NCBI RefSeq assembly: GCF_001194135.2
Contig: NC_068991.1
Span: 1,653,821-1,717,820 of the forward strand
From: Octopus bimaculoides
Taxonomy: Eukaryota
Length of the DNA: 64,000 bases
Reading direction: 5' to 3'
The position numbers and the translations under genes were made by a program. The notes under the pieces are model-generated. The model had not been told where the DNA came from, ran no database searches, and saw only the letters and a list, made by a program, of their open reading frames with translations. Below are positions 49,111 to 60,919 of this stretch, piece by piece. The number at the start of each line of letters is the position of its first letter. Position 1 is the stretch's first letter.

Positions 49111-49272
49111 TCTGAGAAAGCGGTTAACTCAAATATATTGTAGCCATGAAAATTGATAGAGTGTCGGAAAACCAATTCGGTGTGTGAAAGCATATGAGTT
49201 GAGTTTCAAGGAAACATAAATATATATTAACACACACACACACACACACACACAAACGCTCTCAGACGCACG

Positions 49273-49332
<60 letters not shown>

Positions 49333-50918
49333 ATATATATAAAAGCGTATACATTCGTATGTACGTACACGTATGTATATATGTGTGTATGTGTATGTAT
49401 GTAGGTGCATATATGTGTGTGCCTGTGTGTGAGTGAGTGTTTATGTGTTTGTGTGTGTTTGTGTGTGCGTGCGCGTGCGCTGGTTTAGATGTGTGCATAT
49501 GAATATATATATGGACGGCTTTATGTAAATAAATATGGCTACATATATTTTAATATAAATATACATATGCACACATACATACACATATATATATATAAAC
49601 ATATGCATGTGTATACATAAGTATGTTTATATATATATGTATATATATATGCATTCGATTATATATAATTGTATACATGTATAACATGTATGCATATGTG
49701 TATGTATATATACATATATACATGTATATATGTACGTATTCATGTATGCATGTGTGTGTGTGTGTAGGTATGCATGAATGTATACATATATATTTGCATG
49801 TATATACATGTGTGTGCATGTGTGTGTCTTCCTAAGAAAGATACGTCCATTTGGCTGGTTTATGTGGCCAATAACGAGAGAGAAAGTAAGGACCATGCAG
49901 ATGTTCGAACTTATTAGGCCTCGTCTACACTGGATGTAATTCCCTCAACGCTCCTCGACTCTTTCTCACCCTCTCCACTTCTCTCCATTTCTCTCGTTCA
50001 CTCTCTTTATCTCAATCAGAATACATTATCCAATTATTGTTGTTTTTGGTTGAAGTCAGAAGTTGAGTGACAAAAATACCAGCCAAGCCTCCTAAGCATT
50101 CTTTCTATATGCAATAGAATTATCTAATCTGCCCATCCTTACTTAATGCAACTGTGTGTTGGTTCAATTAAATTTGGCTGCTATTTCTCGCGGATAGAAT
50201 GAAAATCTATAGGCTACTTCGTTGCCTCGTAAATCATAGAATAGTGTAGATTAGAATTTTAAGAAGATCGCATGAAGTGACTTACATAAATTCTTAATGC
50301 TCTTAGAATACGACTACAAATACTTTCTTTTGATGTGGTTATATATACATATACATGTGTGTGTGTGTGTATCTGTGTGTTTGCATCTGTGTGTGTATAA
50401 CATATATATACATATATATATATATATATAAGTATAAATATATATATGTATATATGTGTGTATATANNNNNNNNNNNNNNNNNNNNNNNNNNNNNNNNNN
50501 NNNNNNNNNNNNNNNNNNNNNNNNNNNNNNNNNNNNNNNNNNNNNNNNNNNNNNNNNNNNNNNNNNNNNNNNNNNNNNNNNNNNNNNNNNNNNNNNNNNN
50601 NNNNNNNNNNNNNNNNNNNNNNNNNNNNNNNNNNNNNNNNNNNNNNNNNNNNNNNNNNNNNNNNNNNNNNNNNNNNNNNNNNNNNNNNNNNNNNNNNNNN
50701 NNNNNNNNNNNNNNNNNNNNNNNNNNNNNNNNNNNNNNNNNNNNNNNNNNNNNNNNNNNNNNNNNNNNNNNNNNNNNNNNNNNNNNNNNNNNNNNNNNNN
50801 NNNNNNNNNNNNNNNNNNNNNNNNNNNNNNNNNNNNNNNNNNNNNNNNNNNNNNNNNNNNNNNNNNNNNNNNNNNNNNNNNNNNNNNNNNNNNNNNNNNN
50901 NNNNNNNNNNNNNNNNNN

Positions 50919-50964
<46 letters not shown>

Positions 50965-50969
50965 TGCAT

Positions 50970-51255
50970 GCGCACTATGTTTTAACGTTCTATTTCACTT
51001 CCGCTGTTTACTGCAGTGCTTGGAAGGAACGTGCGTAGCGTGTGATCATTGCATTAGCTATGACAGAAAAATTGTGATGGCGATACCTGCTCAGAGGCCT
51101 ACGCAAAGTTGCAGAAAGTGTATGGAGAGGAGTGTATGAGCCGCACACAAGTGTACGAGTGGTTCAGACGTTTCCAAGATGGCTGAAAAAATGCCGATAG
51201 TGACGAACGTTCTGGGAGACCCGCAACCAGCAGAACTGAGAAAAACATCGCAGAT
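50970..51255 (+). pseudogene. Mariner (Tc1/mariner) transposase 5' fragment, HTH region
   Basis: ATG at 51060, a frameshift, then GDTCSEAYAKLQKVYGEECMSRTQVYEWFRRFQDG*KNADSDERSGRPATSRTEKNIAD (mariner HTH plus RSGRP motif); stop at 51184. Confidence 0.9.
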
Positions 51256-52437
51256 TCATCTTCGATCTGTTATTCTCGATTAGATTCATCTGATCATCAG
51301 AGCCACCATCGATTACGACAAGACGTTAGCAGGAAGTGATTTCCTGAGAGAAAATCATGCGTTCCTCTCCATCTTTTGAAATCGAGAGAGCACCTTGGAT
51401 ATTGTATTCTAAGGTGAATTCTGTCTGAAGCGACGGAATGGCCACGCACCAGAAAGGAACACTTTGGCTGATGTGGTTCTGAGTCTTCAGTATATCGTAG
51501 AAAGGCAGGGTGGTCACTGCTGGAATATTTTAGATTATAAAGCATCTTGGATCGAGAACATCCAGCTGGGGCTCAAGAACATCGCGCTCCTCTCCGTATT
51601 CTTGCGATTATGATATTCGCCCGATCTAAGCACCATTGTACAACAATCACCATTACCACCACCACTACTACATCGATACACATTTTCTTATCCCCACCTC
51701 CAGCCTTGACTTTTCGTTCAGTTTCGCTGTGAAATTTTTAAAACTCGTAAATGAGAAGGTCACGTGACAGGTTTGAATAATTAAAATTTGTGTTGAAAAG
51801 AGACCTTTTAGTAAAAGGCTAATTGACAGCGAAGTGCATCTGGGAGAGGTAGATGTGGGGAGAGAGGGAGAGAAAGAGAGAGAAGTAGGGAGAAGTAATG
51901 AGGTAAAAAGAAAGGTAATGAGATGTAGTATGATAGAGATATAGAGAAGTATAGAGGGAGGGGTGAGAGGTTGTAAGGTACAGAGAGAGGTAGAGAGACA
52001 GGGAGAGCTAATAAGATGTAGAGAGATAAAGAGATAGATAGTGATATAGAGAGAGGACGAGAGATGGAGGGAGTATGAGAGAGAGAGGTGGCTAGGGAGG
52101 GATGTTTGGCAAGTAGTGACGTGTGTCATCAGGAATCGATACAAGAGATAATCTATATAACAGACAGATCATGTATCGATTTCTCATGTCGGACGTGACC
52201 AATTGTTAATGGAAGTGAATAACAAAATCAATTGTTATTGACCTTATAATATGACTGGTATACCCCCCCCNNNNNNNNNNNNNNNNNNNNNNNNNNNNNN
52301 NNNNNNNNNNNNNNNNNNNNNNNNNNNNNNNNNNNNNNNNNNNNNNNNNNNNNNNNNNNNNNNNNNNNNNNNNNNNNNNNNNNNNNNNNNNNNNNNNNNN
52401 NNNNNNNNNNNNNNNNNNNNNNNNNNNNNNNNNNNNN

Positions 52438-52475
<38 letters not shown>

Positions 52476-53302
52476 TCATATATATACGATTGAAATGGAA
52501 AGCAGAGTGTACTAGAAGTGTATTAAGCACAAGATCGTTTCGGTTTACTTTTGCACTGTTCCCTAGTGGGTGTGGAACGAAATGATGCGACCGAATGCAC
52601 CCATAGTGCAGAAGAAACCTCCTCAGATTGCATAAAAGGTTTCAGTGTCATAAGATGCACATTTCGCTAAAATGTGTGGCAGGATGGTAACAACACTACC
52701 CTGCCGAAACGATCGTTGTGGTTAATAAAGCTTCCAGTACATTTTGGAAATATGCTAAACGTGTAACGAGGAATTCCTTGCGTGGATCCTGCGACCAAAA
52801 TGCAGTCGCTGCGTATGACACCTGGTTGGTGTAAGTGGTGAACATGCTCCCAAGGCACATTTCTCGAGACATCCCTAAATGTTTCTTTGTTTTAGGTCCT
52901 AAAACAAGGTCTGGATTCTACACATTAAAGTCCCTATCCAAAATTTACTTTTAAATATAACTTATGAATATATATATGCAAGGGAGGTCATCACTCCTAT
53001 CTCCAGCCTTACGTGATACTCACAGACGATGGTTTCTTGGTGTATACCTGCCCTCAATGTGAGACAATCTCTGGTTGTTGATGAAAGCTTTCTCCGCTCG
53101 CAAACACTATACGGACTCAGACTGTGCGTCGACAGCCAACTCGAAAAGATGTTTTCCTGGTGCTCAGACAACAGTAACATCGTCCTTTATAGGACCACCA
53201 CATTCTATTGGCAAATAAACTTTACTATTCCGTACTGTTGCTGTATATCTCTCGCTGAGAGATTTAAAACAAGTCGTTTTTCTCCCACCCCTCTCTCTCT
53301 CC

Positions 53303-53339
<37 letters not shown>

Positions 53340-53344
<5 letters not shown>

Positions 53345-53507
53345 GACGTGATTCTTTTAGTTTCCGCCTACTAAATCCACTTACAAGGCTTTGGTCGGCC
53401 CGAGGCTGTAGTGAAAGACTTTTGCCCAAGGTACGACGCAGTGGTACTGAACCTGGAACCATGCGGTTGGGAAACAAGCTTCTTGCTACACCGCCTCGCC
53501 TGCGCCT
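53340..53507 (-). mobile_element. SINE-B head
   Basis: tttccgcctactaaatccacttacaaggctttggtcggcccgaggct...gcccaaggt...ctgaacctggaaccatg.ggttggg...gcctgcgcc. Confidence 0.9.
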
Positions 53508-54139
53508 CTATTTGTCCTCCGCATAAAGAAGTCTCTTCCAATGGAAATGAAACGAAACTTTTTCGCGACCCCATCGGGTCGAGAGTATTAGTTTCTGCAG
53601 TTCCTACACCATGGCAACACTTACCAAAACTAACAGAAAAACAAATGAAGAAGAAGGAAATAATATTGTAAGGAATTCCGCAGTTCTTAGAGTTGCCTTT
53701 CATCCTTCCAGTTCGATAAAATAGAATTCCAGTCAAGAATTAGAGTCACTTTAATGCGGGCCTTGCGCCAATCTTAGAATTCATTGCTGGCAAGGATTTG
53801 TACCTTTCTAATAGATATTAGTGACGTCAAAAGGGTTCGGTTCTATACTGTGGTTGTTGCCATTTCCGCAAGGAAACCAATAATGAAAGCAAATGTATGG
53901 AATATGGTCTCAGCAACTGCAGAGTCCATATATCTATCTCTGAAGAAATCGATTAGGAATTGGTGAGCTGCTAATGCTGATAATTCGGCCACAGAGCGAT
54001 GAGACATCGTGAATAGCGTTAGCAACATGGTGGAATGTTGAACTGTTAAAATGGTAAAATATGAGCTAAGTGGCAGCATAGCAGCACCGGAACAAGGGGG
54101 TAAATAAGGACAAATAGATAGAGAGTATAGCAGCACGTG

Positions 54140-54146
54140 GATAGAA

Positions 54147-54222
<76 letters not shown>

Positions 54223-54247
54223 ATTGGATAGATAGATAGATAAATTG

Positions 54248-54289
<42 letters not shown>

Positions 54290-54295
54290 CTGACT
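54140..54295. repeat. (GATA)n microsatellite; others at ~8640-8690, 34358-34396, 36925-36975 and 57391-57427
   Basis: Direct reading. Confidence 0.95.
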
Positions 54296-54550
54296 GATAT
54301 ATAATATATGCGTGTATCTATGTACATGAGTGTGTGAGGGTAGCTGTATATATGCATAGATAACAGAGCCAGAATGAATTATCAGTTACGATCGAATACG
54401 CAACAACACACACATACGTATATATATATATATATACACGCACACATGCAAACACAAATGCATATACATATATGCATTACTATATCTATTATGTAAGCAT
54501 ACATCTTTGTACATATATACACACATATATCTACATGTATGCATGTGTAT

Positions 54551-54588
<38 letters not shown>

Positions 54589-54629
54589 GCATCATTATAT
54601 TCATATGTATACATATATTTATACACATA

Positions 54630-54663
<34 letters not shown>

Positions 54664-54673
54664 NNNNNNNNNN

Positions 54674-54711
<38 letters not shown>

Positions 54712-55030
54712 TACATGTATGTTTGCTTATACATATATTCGCAGCATGAGCATGTGTGTGTGTGTGCGTGCTTGTGTGTGCGTGTGCGCTATTAGTCAAG
54801 GGGATTTGCATAACGCTATTATCAATATTGAACAAGCTTCTAAAGTGGTGCAAGAGAAAATCAAAAACTGAAACAGTCCAACAAAAACACACACACACAC
54901 AATTACTTTGAGATTTTACAAAAGCAGTTGCGTATATACACACATATATTTATATATATGCTTATATATATATATATATATATACATGCATACATATACA
55001 TATATATTTGTGTGTACATATACTGGTATG

Positions 55031-55108
<78 letters not shown>

Positions 55109-55569
55109 TATATATACACGCAAAAAGGGGCCAACCTTCAGAAGAGGAGGACTAGACTTGGTGGTTCATGCGAGGCCCAAGATTTTGAATATATGGGTAG
55201 TGTAAGGAAAGTGATGACTGGGTTGGTAATATTTGAATGATGAGTTGGCATGTACTCAGCCGGATTCAAAAAGCTGATGTTAGGTAGGTGAGAGAAACAA
55301 AAAGAGAGACAGATAGAGAGACAGAGAGGACACAGCACGGTTGTGGTCCAGAGGTTGCGGTCCAGAGGTGAATGACTTTATGCCAAACGTTTGGGTGACT
55401 CTTTTCTAGACACGGTTTAGGATGTGGTACCTCTCTTTATCAAGGGACCCACGGGAATTGTGTACAGTATCAAGAACTGTGGAGACTAAAGTGACCCTGC
55501 TGGTCACGATTATGAAGATGATGATGTGTTAGGGCATTATTTTTTTTTATTATTTATATACACAATAAC

Positions 55570-55778
55570 GCGGTGACCTGGCAGAAATGTTAGCACGCCG
55601 GACGAAATTCCTAGCAACATTTCATCCGTCTTCGTGCTCTGAGTCCAAATCCAGCCGATGTCGACTTTGCCTTTCACCCTTCGAGATCGATAAAACGTGT
55701 ACCATTTGAGCACTGGGGTCAATGTAATTGACTTAACACTTCCCCCCAAATTACTGGGCTTATGCCAAAATTTGAAAC
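55570..55778 (+). mobile_element. SINE-A, full length
   Basis: gcggtgacctggcagaaatgttagcacgccgg...gtcgactttgcctttca...ctggggtcaatgtaattgact...tgccaaaatttgaaac. Confidence 0.9.
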
Positions 55779-56264
55779 CTATATGGCATGGCTGCAAAGA
55801 AGAAAGAGCTTAAAAGGCGGCACTGGAATATATAGAACACGGGTTCTATCTATGTCTGCGATGGTGATGTATGACAAACAGAAGAAACCCTAATTACATT
55901 TTCTCGGGTTTATTGGAGATTTCATTCGATTATTATTGTTGTTTTGACCAACCTCGATGCCGATCGAAGAAGTTTAGAAACAAAATCAAAATCTTCAAAT
56001 CTGTCTTGCAATTTTTTTGAGAAGTTGAGTATGATAACAATAGCCGGCATTTTAGCACAGTGAGAGTCTATGCAAAAGTTGCCCTAACTTGCTTGAGATA
56101 TAATTCAGTGGTTTATATTGAACAAGCCATGTCGATATTCTATACATACACATATACACACATATGCTCATATACAAACACACAAACAAAATATACGTAC
56201 AGATATGTACTTGTGTATTCGTGTACGTCTATGTACGTATATTTAATATATATACAGAAACTCG

Positions 56265-56329
<65 letters not shown>

Positions 56330-56613
56330 ATTTGTGCTTGCATTATTTATATATGTATGTATATATGTATGCATTATGCAGGCACAGACATAATATATGC
56401 ACATAAATTCACCTCTATCTAAGAGTCTGTCTGTGAGAGTATTCATGAAAGCGAATAAATGACTAAAGATCAGTGGTACGCAGTGCGAATACTACAACAA
56501 ATATTGTATGTGAGACATTTGCAGAGTGAAGTAGTTAAGTCTCGTGGGGGAAAAAAAAGCTAAAGTAGAGTGCTCATTGAAACGATGACGTGTTAGTCTG
56601 ACTGTCCTTTTAG

Positions 56614-56710
56614 AATCTCGAAGGAAACAGCAGCCAGGACACCAACAAACAACTTGATGAAGAACGAGGCGGTGCGTTTGGTTAGCTTCGTCGCGTGGCC
56701 TTTCTTTAAA
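56614..56710 (+). CDS. Candidate exon or fragment encoding the first helix of a BIR (IAP) domain
   Basis: Acceptor ctgtccttttAG; frame reads ISKETAARTPTNNLMKNEAVRLVSFVAWPFFK and matches E..RL.[ST]F..WP; the rest of the BIR domain is absent and the donor is weak. Confidence 0.25.
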
Positions 56711-56830
56711 GTCATTTATTGGCAAAGTACCATTTACATAAATATGCAACGTACACAGTCGTACATATATATGTATGCGTGTGTATATTATATAGATATA
56801 TATTTATATATACATGTATATATATAATTA

Positions 56831-56865
<35 letters not shown>

Positions 56866-57290
56866 GTATGTATGTATATTTTCATATATGCACGCTTATA
56901 CCGCACATATACACACACATGTATTAACAATAGTAATAAATATTTTTTCTTAACCCTCACAAACAGCGATAGAGGATTCAGAATGATATATTGAAATATA
57001 AAGTTGGCTAAGACTGAATTTTGCGAATAAATATTAAAATAGATACATACAATATTTATATATTAATCTCTGGACACACACTCGTTTTTGAGAAAACTCG
57101 GTTTAAAATGTATCGTATGAGGTTCTCACCAACGGAAAACGGGAAGAGAAAATGTGACCAGTAACGGTAAAAATGCAGAAGCCGAAGGAGAGAAATGGAG
57201 CCAAGAATATTGATGAATTTTATATTTTTACAATAATACTAAAATCTCCGAAAGGAACTCTATAACTGCTATTTGAAATTAACTTCACAT

Positions 57291-57389
57291 ATTGAACCTT
57301 CGAACAGGAATTTGAACCTTCGAACAGGAAGTTGAACCCTCGAACAGAAATTTGAACCTTCGAACAGGAATTTGAACTTTCGAACAGGA

Positions 57390-57390
<1 letters not shown>
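57291..57390. repeat. Minisatellite, 5 x 20 bp (tttgaaccttcgaacaggaa)
   Basis: Head-to-tail units at 57291, 57311, 57331, 57351 and 57371 with 0-3 substitutions each; no spacers. Confidence 0.95.
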
Positions 57391-57427
<37 letters not shown>

Positions 57428-57454
57428 GAAGCGATGTTCTCAAGGAGTCAAAGA

Positions 57455-57960
57455 TCAACCATATCCACTCCAGGCGGCTGGAACATAACCGATCGCTCTC
57501 ATAATAAGTAGATATGCAGAAAGCGAACTTTTCGTCAATGCATATCTTCTTTCATCTTTTATTTTACCACACTCATAGCAAATAGGCGGCTGACATAACA
57601 CAACGGTGCAGGTTTTATAATTCGTGGTCCCAAACAACACTATTAATCGGTTTTGTTTTAATTCGTTTGCTCTTTTTATTTTTAGATTCCACCAAACTTC
57701 TTTTCAGCCATTTGTCTTCTGTTCATTTTCATTTATTCTCATTTTTTTGCTTCAGTCTTACTTTGTTACAGATTTCTCTGACTGCCATATCATGACTTTT
57801 ACGAAGTTAAGAGACATTTTTTCACTGAAGGCAAGGATCTGGTTAATTTCTCCAATTTTGCTTTTACAGGGTCGAGACTTGTTGTTAGCAGATGCTTTCA
57901 GTCTTTTGAGTAGAAACAATTTGGCAGGGACTTCATCCTCCTGACTGTATGGCGGTAGCC
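57455..57960 (-). mobile_element. Possible decayed gag/ORF1-like fragment (zinc-knuckle start PPICYECGK)
   Basis: Only the CX2C half of a CCHC knuckle is present; multiple stops. Confidence 0.2.
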
Positions 57961-58394
57961 TCCCATGTGGTATGTCTTAAACACTTTAGTATCCCATACC
58001 AGAAATTAGACTCGTTTCTTCCTTTTATTACTTATATTTTCCGTTCCATATGTCAACGTTTTTGTGAGCTAGTTTAGTTTTATCTTATATTTTACCTATT
58101 TTTATCTTATTTGTATTTTATTATCTCGAATGTTCCTTGGAAAGTGAAAAGTGTCACATTTTATTTCATGTCTTTTCTTCAGGTTTATTACTTTTACAAA
58201 TGAAGTTTTATTTCCGTGCTTGCAGACGCGAGCGCGATCGTGGCTGACTTCCTCTCTGTTTTCAGCTGAAGATGTTGCTTCAGTTTTGGAATCATGTGAT
58301 GTTAATACAGATTTAAGACAACAGCCGACCTCTTTGCATGGGAAACACACTCTCCCTAGATAGATAGATAGAGAGGTAGAGTGATTGATTGATT

Positions 58395-58542
58395 GATTGA
58401 TTGATTAACTGATTGGTTGATTGACTGCTTGATTGATTGACTGACTGATTGATTGATGGATTGATTTTTTTGTGTTTACTTAATGGTTCCAGATCTAATT
58501 CAACTTCGGTTTATGAAGGATGCGTTTGTCTTGAACAAATCC
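58395..58542 (+). repeat. Direct repeat copy 1 of a local duplication ((GATT)n plus 70 bp of unique sequence)
   Basis: 58473-58542 matches 59289-59358 at 69/70. Confidence 0.9.
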
Positions 58543-58834
58543 CGCAGGATTCATCTACGTCCATAATTATTTCCCGAATCCTTTAATGTAAGAACTCTGT
58601 TGGTTACCATGTTCTATTATATCATTGATCATACTGACCGACTTTGCATTTCACCCATCTGAGCTCGATAGAATAAGTACCAGTGACGCATAGGAGTCGA
58701 TAAAATCGATGATAACACAGAATGCGCCCCACCGCCACCACCACCACCACCACCACGGTCAATGAACGAAACCAGTAAAAGAAAGCAAGAAATTACAGTT
58801 TATATTGTTGTTGTGAGTGTTCTTGTGGTTTCTG

Positions 58835-59036
58835 TTGTTAGAATCGTTAGCAAGCTGGGCGAAATACTTAGCAGTATTTCGTCTGCCACTACGTTCTGAG
58901 TTCAAATCCCGCCGAGGTCGACTTTGCCTTTTATCTTTTCAGGGTCGATAAATTAAGTACCAGTGAAACACTGGGGTCGTTGTAATCGACTAGTCCCCTC
59001 CTCCACACTTTGGGCTCTGTGCCTATAGTAGAAAGG

Positions 59037-59078
<42 letters not shown>
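58835..59078 (+). mobile_element. SINE-A, near full length, with (ATT)n tail
   Basis: gaatcgttagc...ctgagttcaaatcccgccgaggtcgactttgcc...gtaccagt..aacactggggtc...tgtgcctatagtagaaaggatt(att)n. Confidence 0.92.
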
Positions 59079-59225
59079 TTATTGTCTTTGCACAGCTCCT
59101 AACGCTGGAGGTGCACTACGGTGTCAGCTGTTCACTACCAATGAACTAAAGTAACAGCCCTTATTTTTCGAGCATCATCCGGAGTATTCGAGCGGTTCGA
59201 AGCAGTGCTCCCCTATTTGCTCCAT
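59079..59225 (-). mobile_element. 3' end of a probable non-LTR element sharing the (TAA)n tract tail-to-tail with SINE-A
   Basis: Minus strand ...cctccagcgttaggagctgtgcaaagacaataaa(aat)n; the R4-like assignment is from recall only. Confidence 0.4.
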
Positions 59226-59358
59226 TGATTGATTGATTAACTGATTGGTTCATTGACTGCTTGATTGATTGTTGGATTGGTTTCTTTATGTTTACTTAAT
59301 GGTTCCAGATCTAATTCAACTTCGGTTTATGAAGGATGCATTTGTCTTGAACAAATCC
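59226..59358 (+). repeat. Direct repeat copy 2 of the local duplication
   Basis: See 58395-58542; offset 816 bp. Confidence 0.9.
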
Positions 59359-59364
59359 TGTAAT

Positions 59365-59559
59365 TTTTTATTTCTTTTAACATAAAATTATGGCCATGCT
59401 GGGGCACCGCTTTGAAGAGTTTTTAGTCGGACGAATTAATCCCAGTGCTATTTTTAAAGTCTGCTACTTATTCTGTCGTTTACTTTTGCCGAACCGCTAA
59501 GTTACGGGGATGTAGTAAACCAACACCAGTTAAGCGGTGGTGGGCAACAACTACAGGCA

Positions 59560-59608
<49 letters not shown>

Positions 59609-59778
59609 ACGACGGGCATCTTTCAGTTTCCTTCTACCTAATCCACAAATCCACTCACAAAGCTTTGGTTGGCCCAAGGCTATAGTAGAAGGCAATTGCT
59701 GAATGTGTCACGCGGTGGGACTGAACCTGGAACCATGTGGTTGGGAAGTAAGCTTCTAACCACACAGCAACGGCTGCG
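59365..59778 (-). mobile_element. SINE-B, full length, with central (GT)n microsatellite
   Basis: Tail (ggccatgctggggcaccgc...gccgaaccgctaagttacgggg), (GT)n, and head (acgacgggc.tctttcagtttcc...ggaaccatgtggttggg...accacacagc) in one colinear unit. Confidence 0.92.
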
Positions 59779-59869
59779 ATTTTGTTAATAGAGTCCAAGT
59801 CATTTGAATAAAAAAAATAAGTCAGTCAGGCGAAGATGAATGGTCAGTGTTGAATTGTGACTAAACAAT

Positions 59870-60350
59870 ATCAACTACTACTACTACTACTACTACTACA
59901 ATTGCCACAACTACTACTTCCATTACTACTAATACTACCACTATGACTTCCATCACTACTATTACTAAAACTTCTCGTACTACTACTACTACTACTAATA
60001 CTACTGCTGCTACTACTATTATTACTACAGCTACTATTCTACTAGTAATACCACTACAACTACTACCACCACCAACAACACTACTACTACCACTACAAAT
60101 ACTACTACAATTAATACCACCACCACCCACCACCATTACTACTACTACTACTACTACTATTACAACAACTATTACTTCTGCTGCTGTTGCTGCTGCTACT
60201 ACTACTACTATTTGCACAACATCTACTTCTACAACTAATATCATGACGACTACCACCGCCACCACTAACACTACTACGACTACTATTACAACGACTACTT
60301 CTACTACTGCTACGACGACGACTACTGCAGCGACTACCGCTGCTACTTGA
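59870..60350. repeat. Degenerate (ACT)n/(ACC)n trinucleotide tract
   Basis: Gives the Thr-rich and Val-rich mirror ORFs; no flanking domain or splice support. Confidence 0.85.
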
Positions 60351-60857
60351 GTTTGGAGATAAAAAGAGAAAGAACCAATCGGAGCTTGATTCAAAAAACA
60401 CTTGCCAGGTTTGTGAAGTGAACAAAGAAAGATGCTTCTGTGAGTTTTAGAACCGTTCATTCTAACACCCGTTTCCCACCCGTTTCCATCTAAGGTATTT
60501 TGATGTGCGCCATGTTGTGTAGATATAGAACATTTCGTAGATTATCCATTATGGTAATATGTTGCGCATGGAAATACCTTACAAGGAAACGGGTGGGGGT
60601 GTGAGGTGGGACGGGGGAACTGCGTTGCAATGGCTGCTACTTCAACTGACACTGGTCTGTCTCTTTGTTTCACACGTGTAGTAAGTGAAACACACGCACA
60701 ATATATACATGAAGATAGACATACATACATATATATATACATACATACATACATACATATATTTATATATATATATATATATACATGCAGGTATATATGC
60801 ACATATACATATACGTATATTTATACATCTATGTATAGACCGACACACATTCACACA

Positions 60858-60919
<62 letters not shown>

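Noticed and set aside
48214-49156. Protamine/histone-like Lys/Arg ORF and hydrophobic Phe/Leu ORFs
   Set aside because: Translation of a T/C minisatellite; several frames are open for compositional reasons.
51300-51400. AGSDFLREN as a retroviral-type protease C-terminal motif
   Set aside because: Single short motif with no DTG/DSG active site in frame; not supportable.
2545-54943. Long ORFs spanning N-runs (e.g. 2545-3732, 7455-8264, 16789-17960, 18445-19421, 22193-23213, 50259-51139)
   Set aside because: They are open only because N codons are not stops; the flanks are (AT)n or (GT)n.
57291-57390. CRISPR-like array
   Set aside because: Units are head-to-tail with no spacers, there are no cas genes, and the context is eukaryotic.
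59861-60460. Thr-rich mucin-like ORF (59943-60350) and Val-rich antisense ORF
   Set aside because: Pure (ACT)n-type microsatellite, open on both strands, with no signal peptide, domain or splice support.
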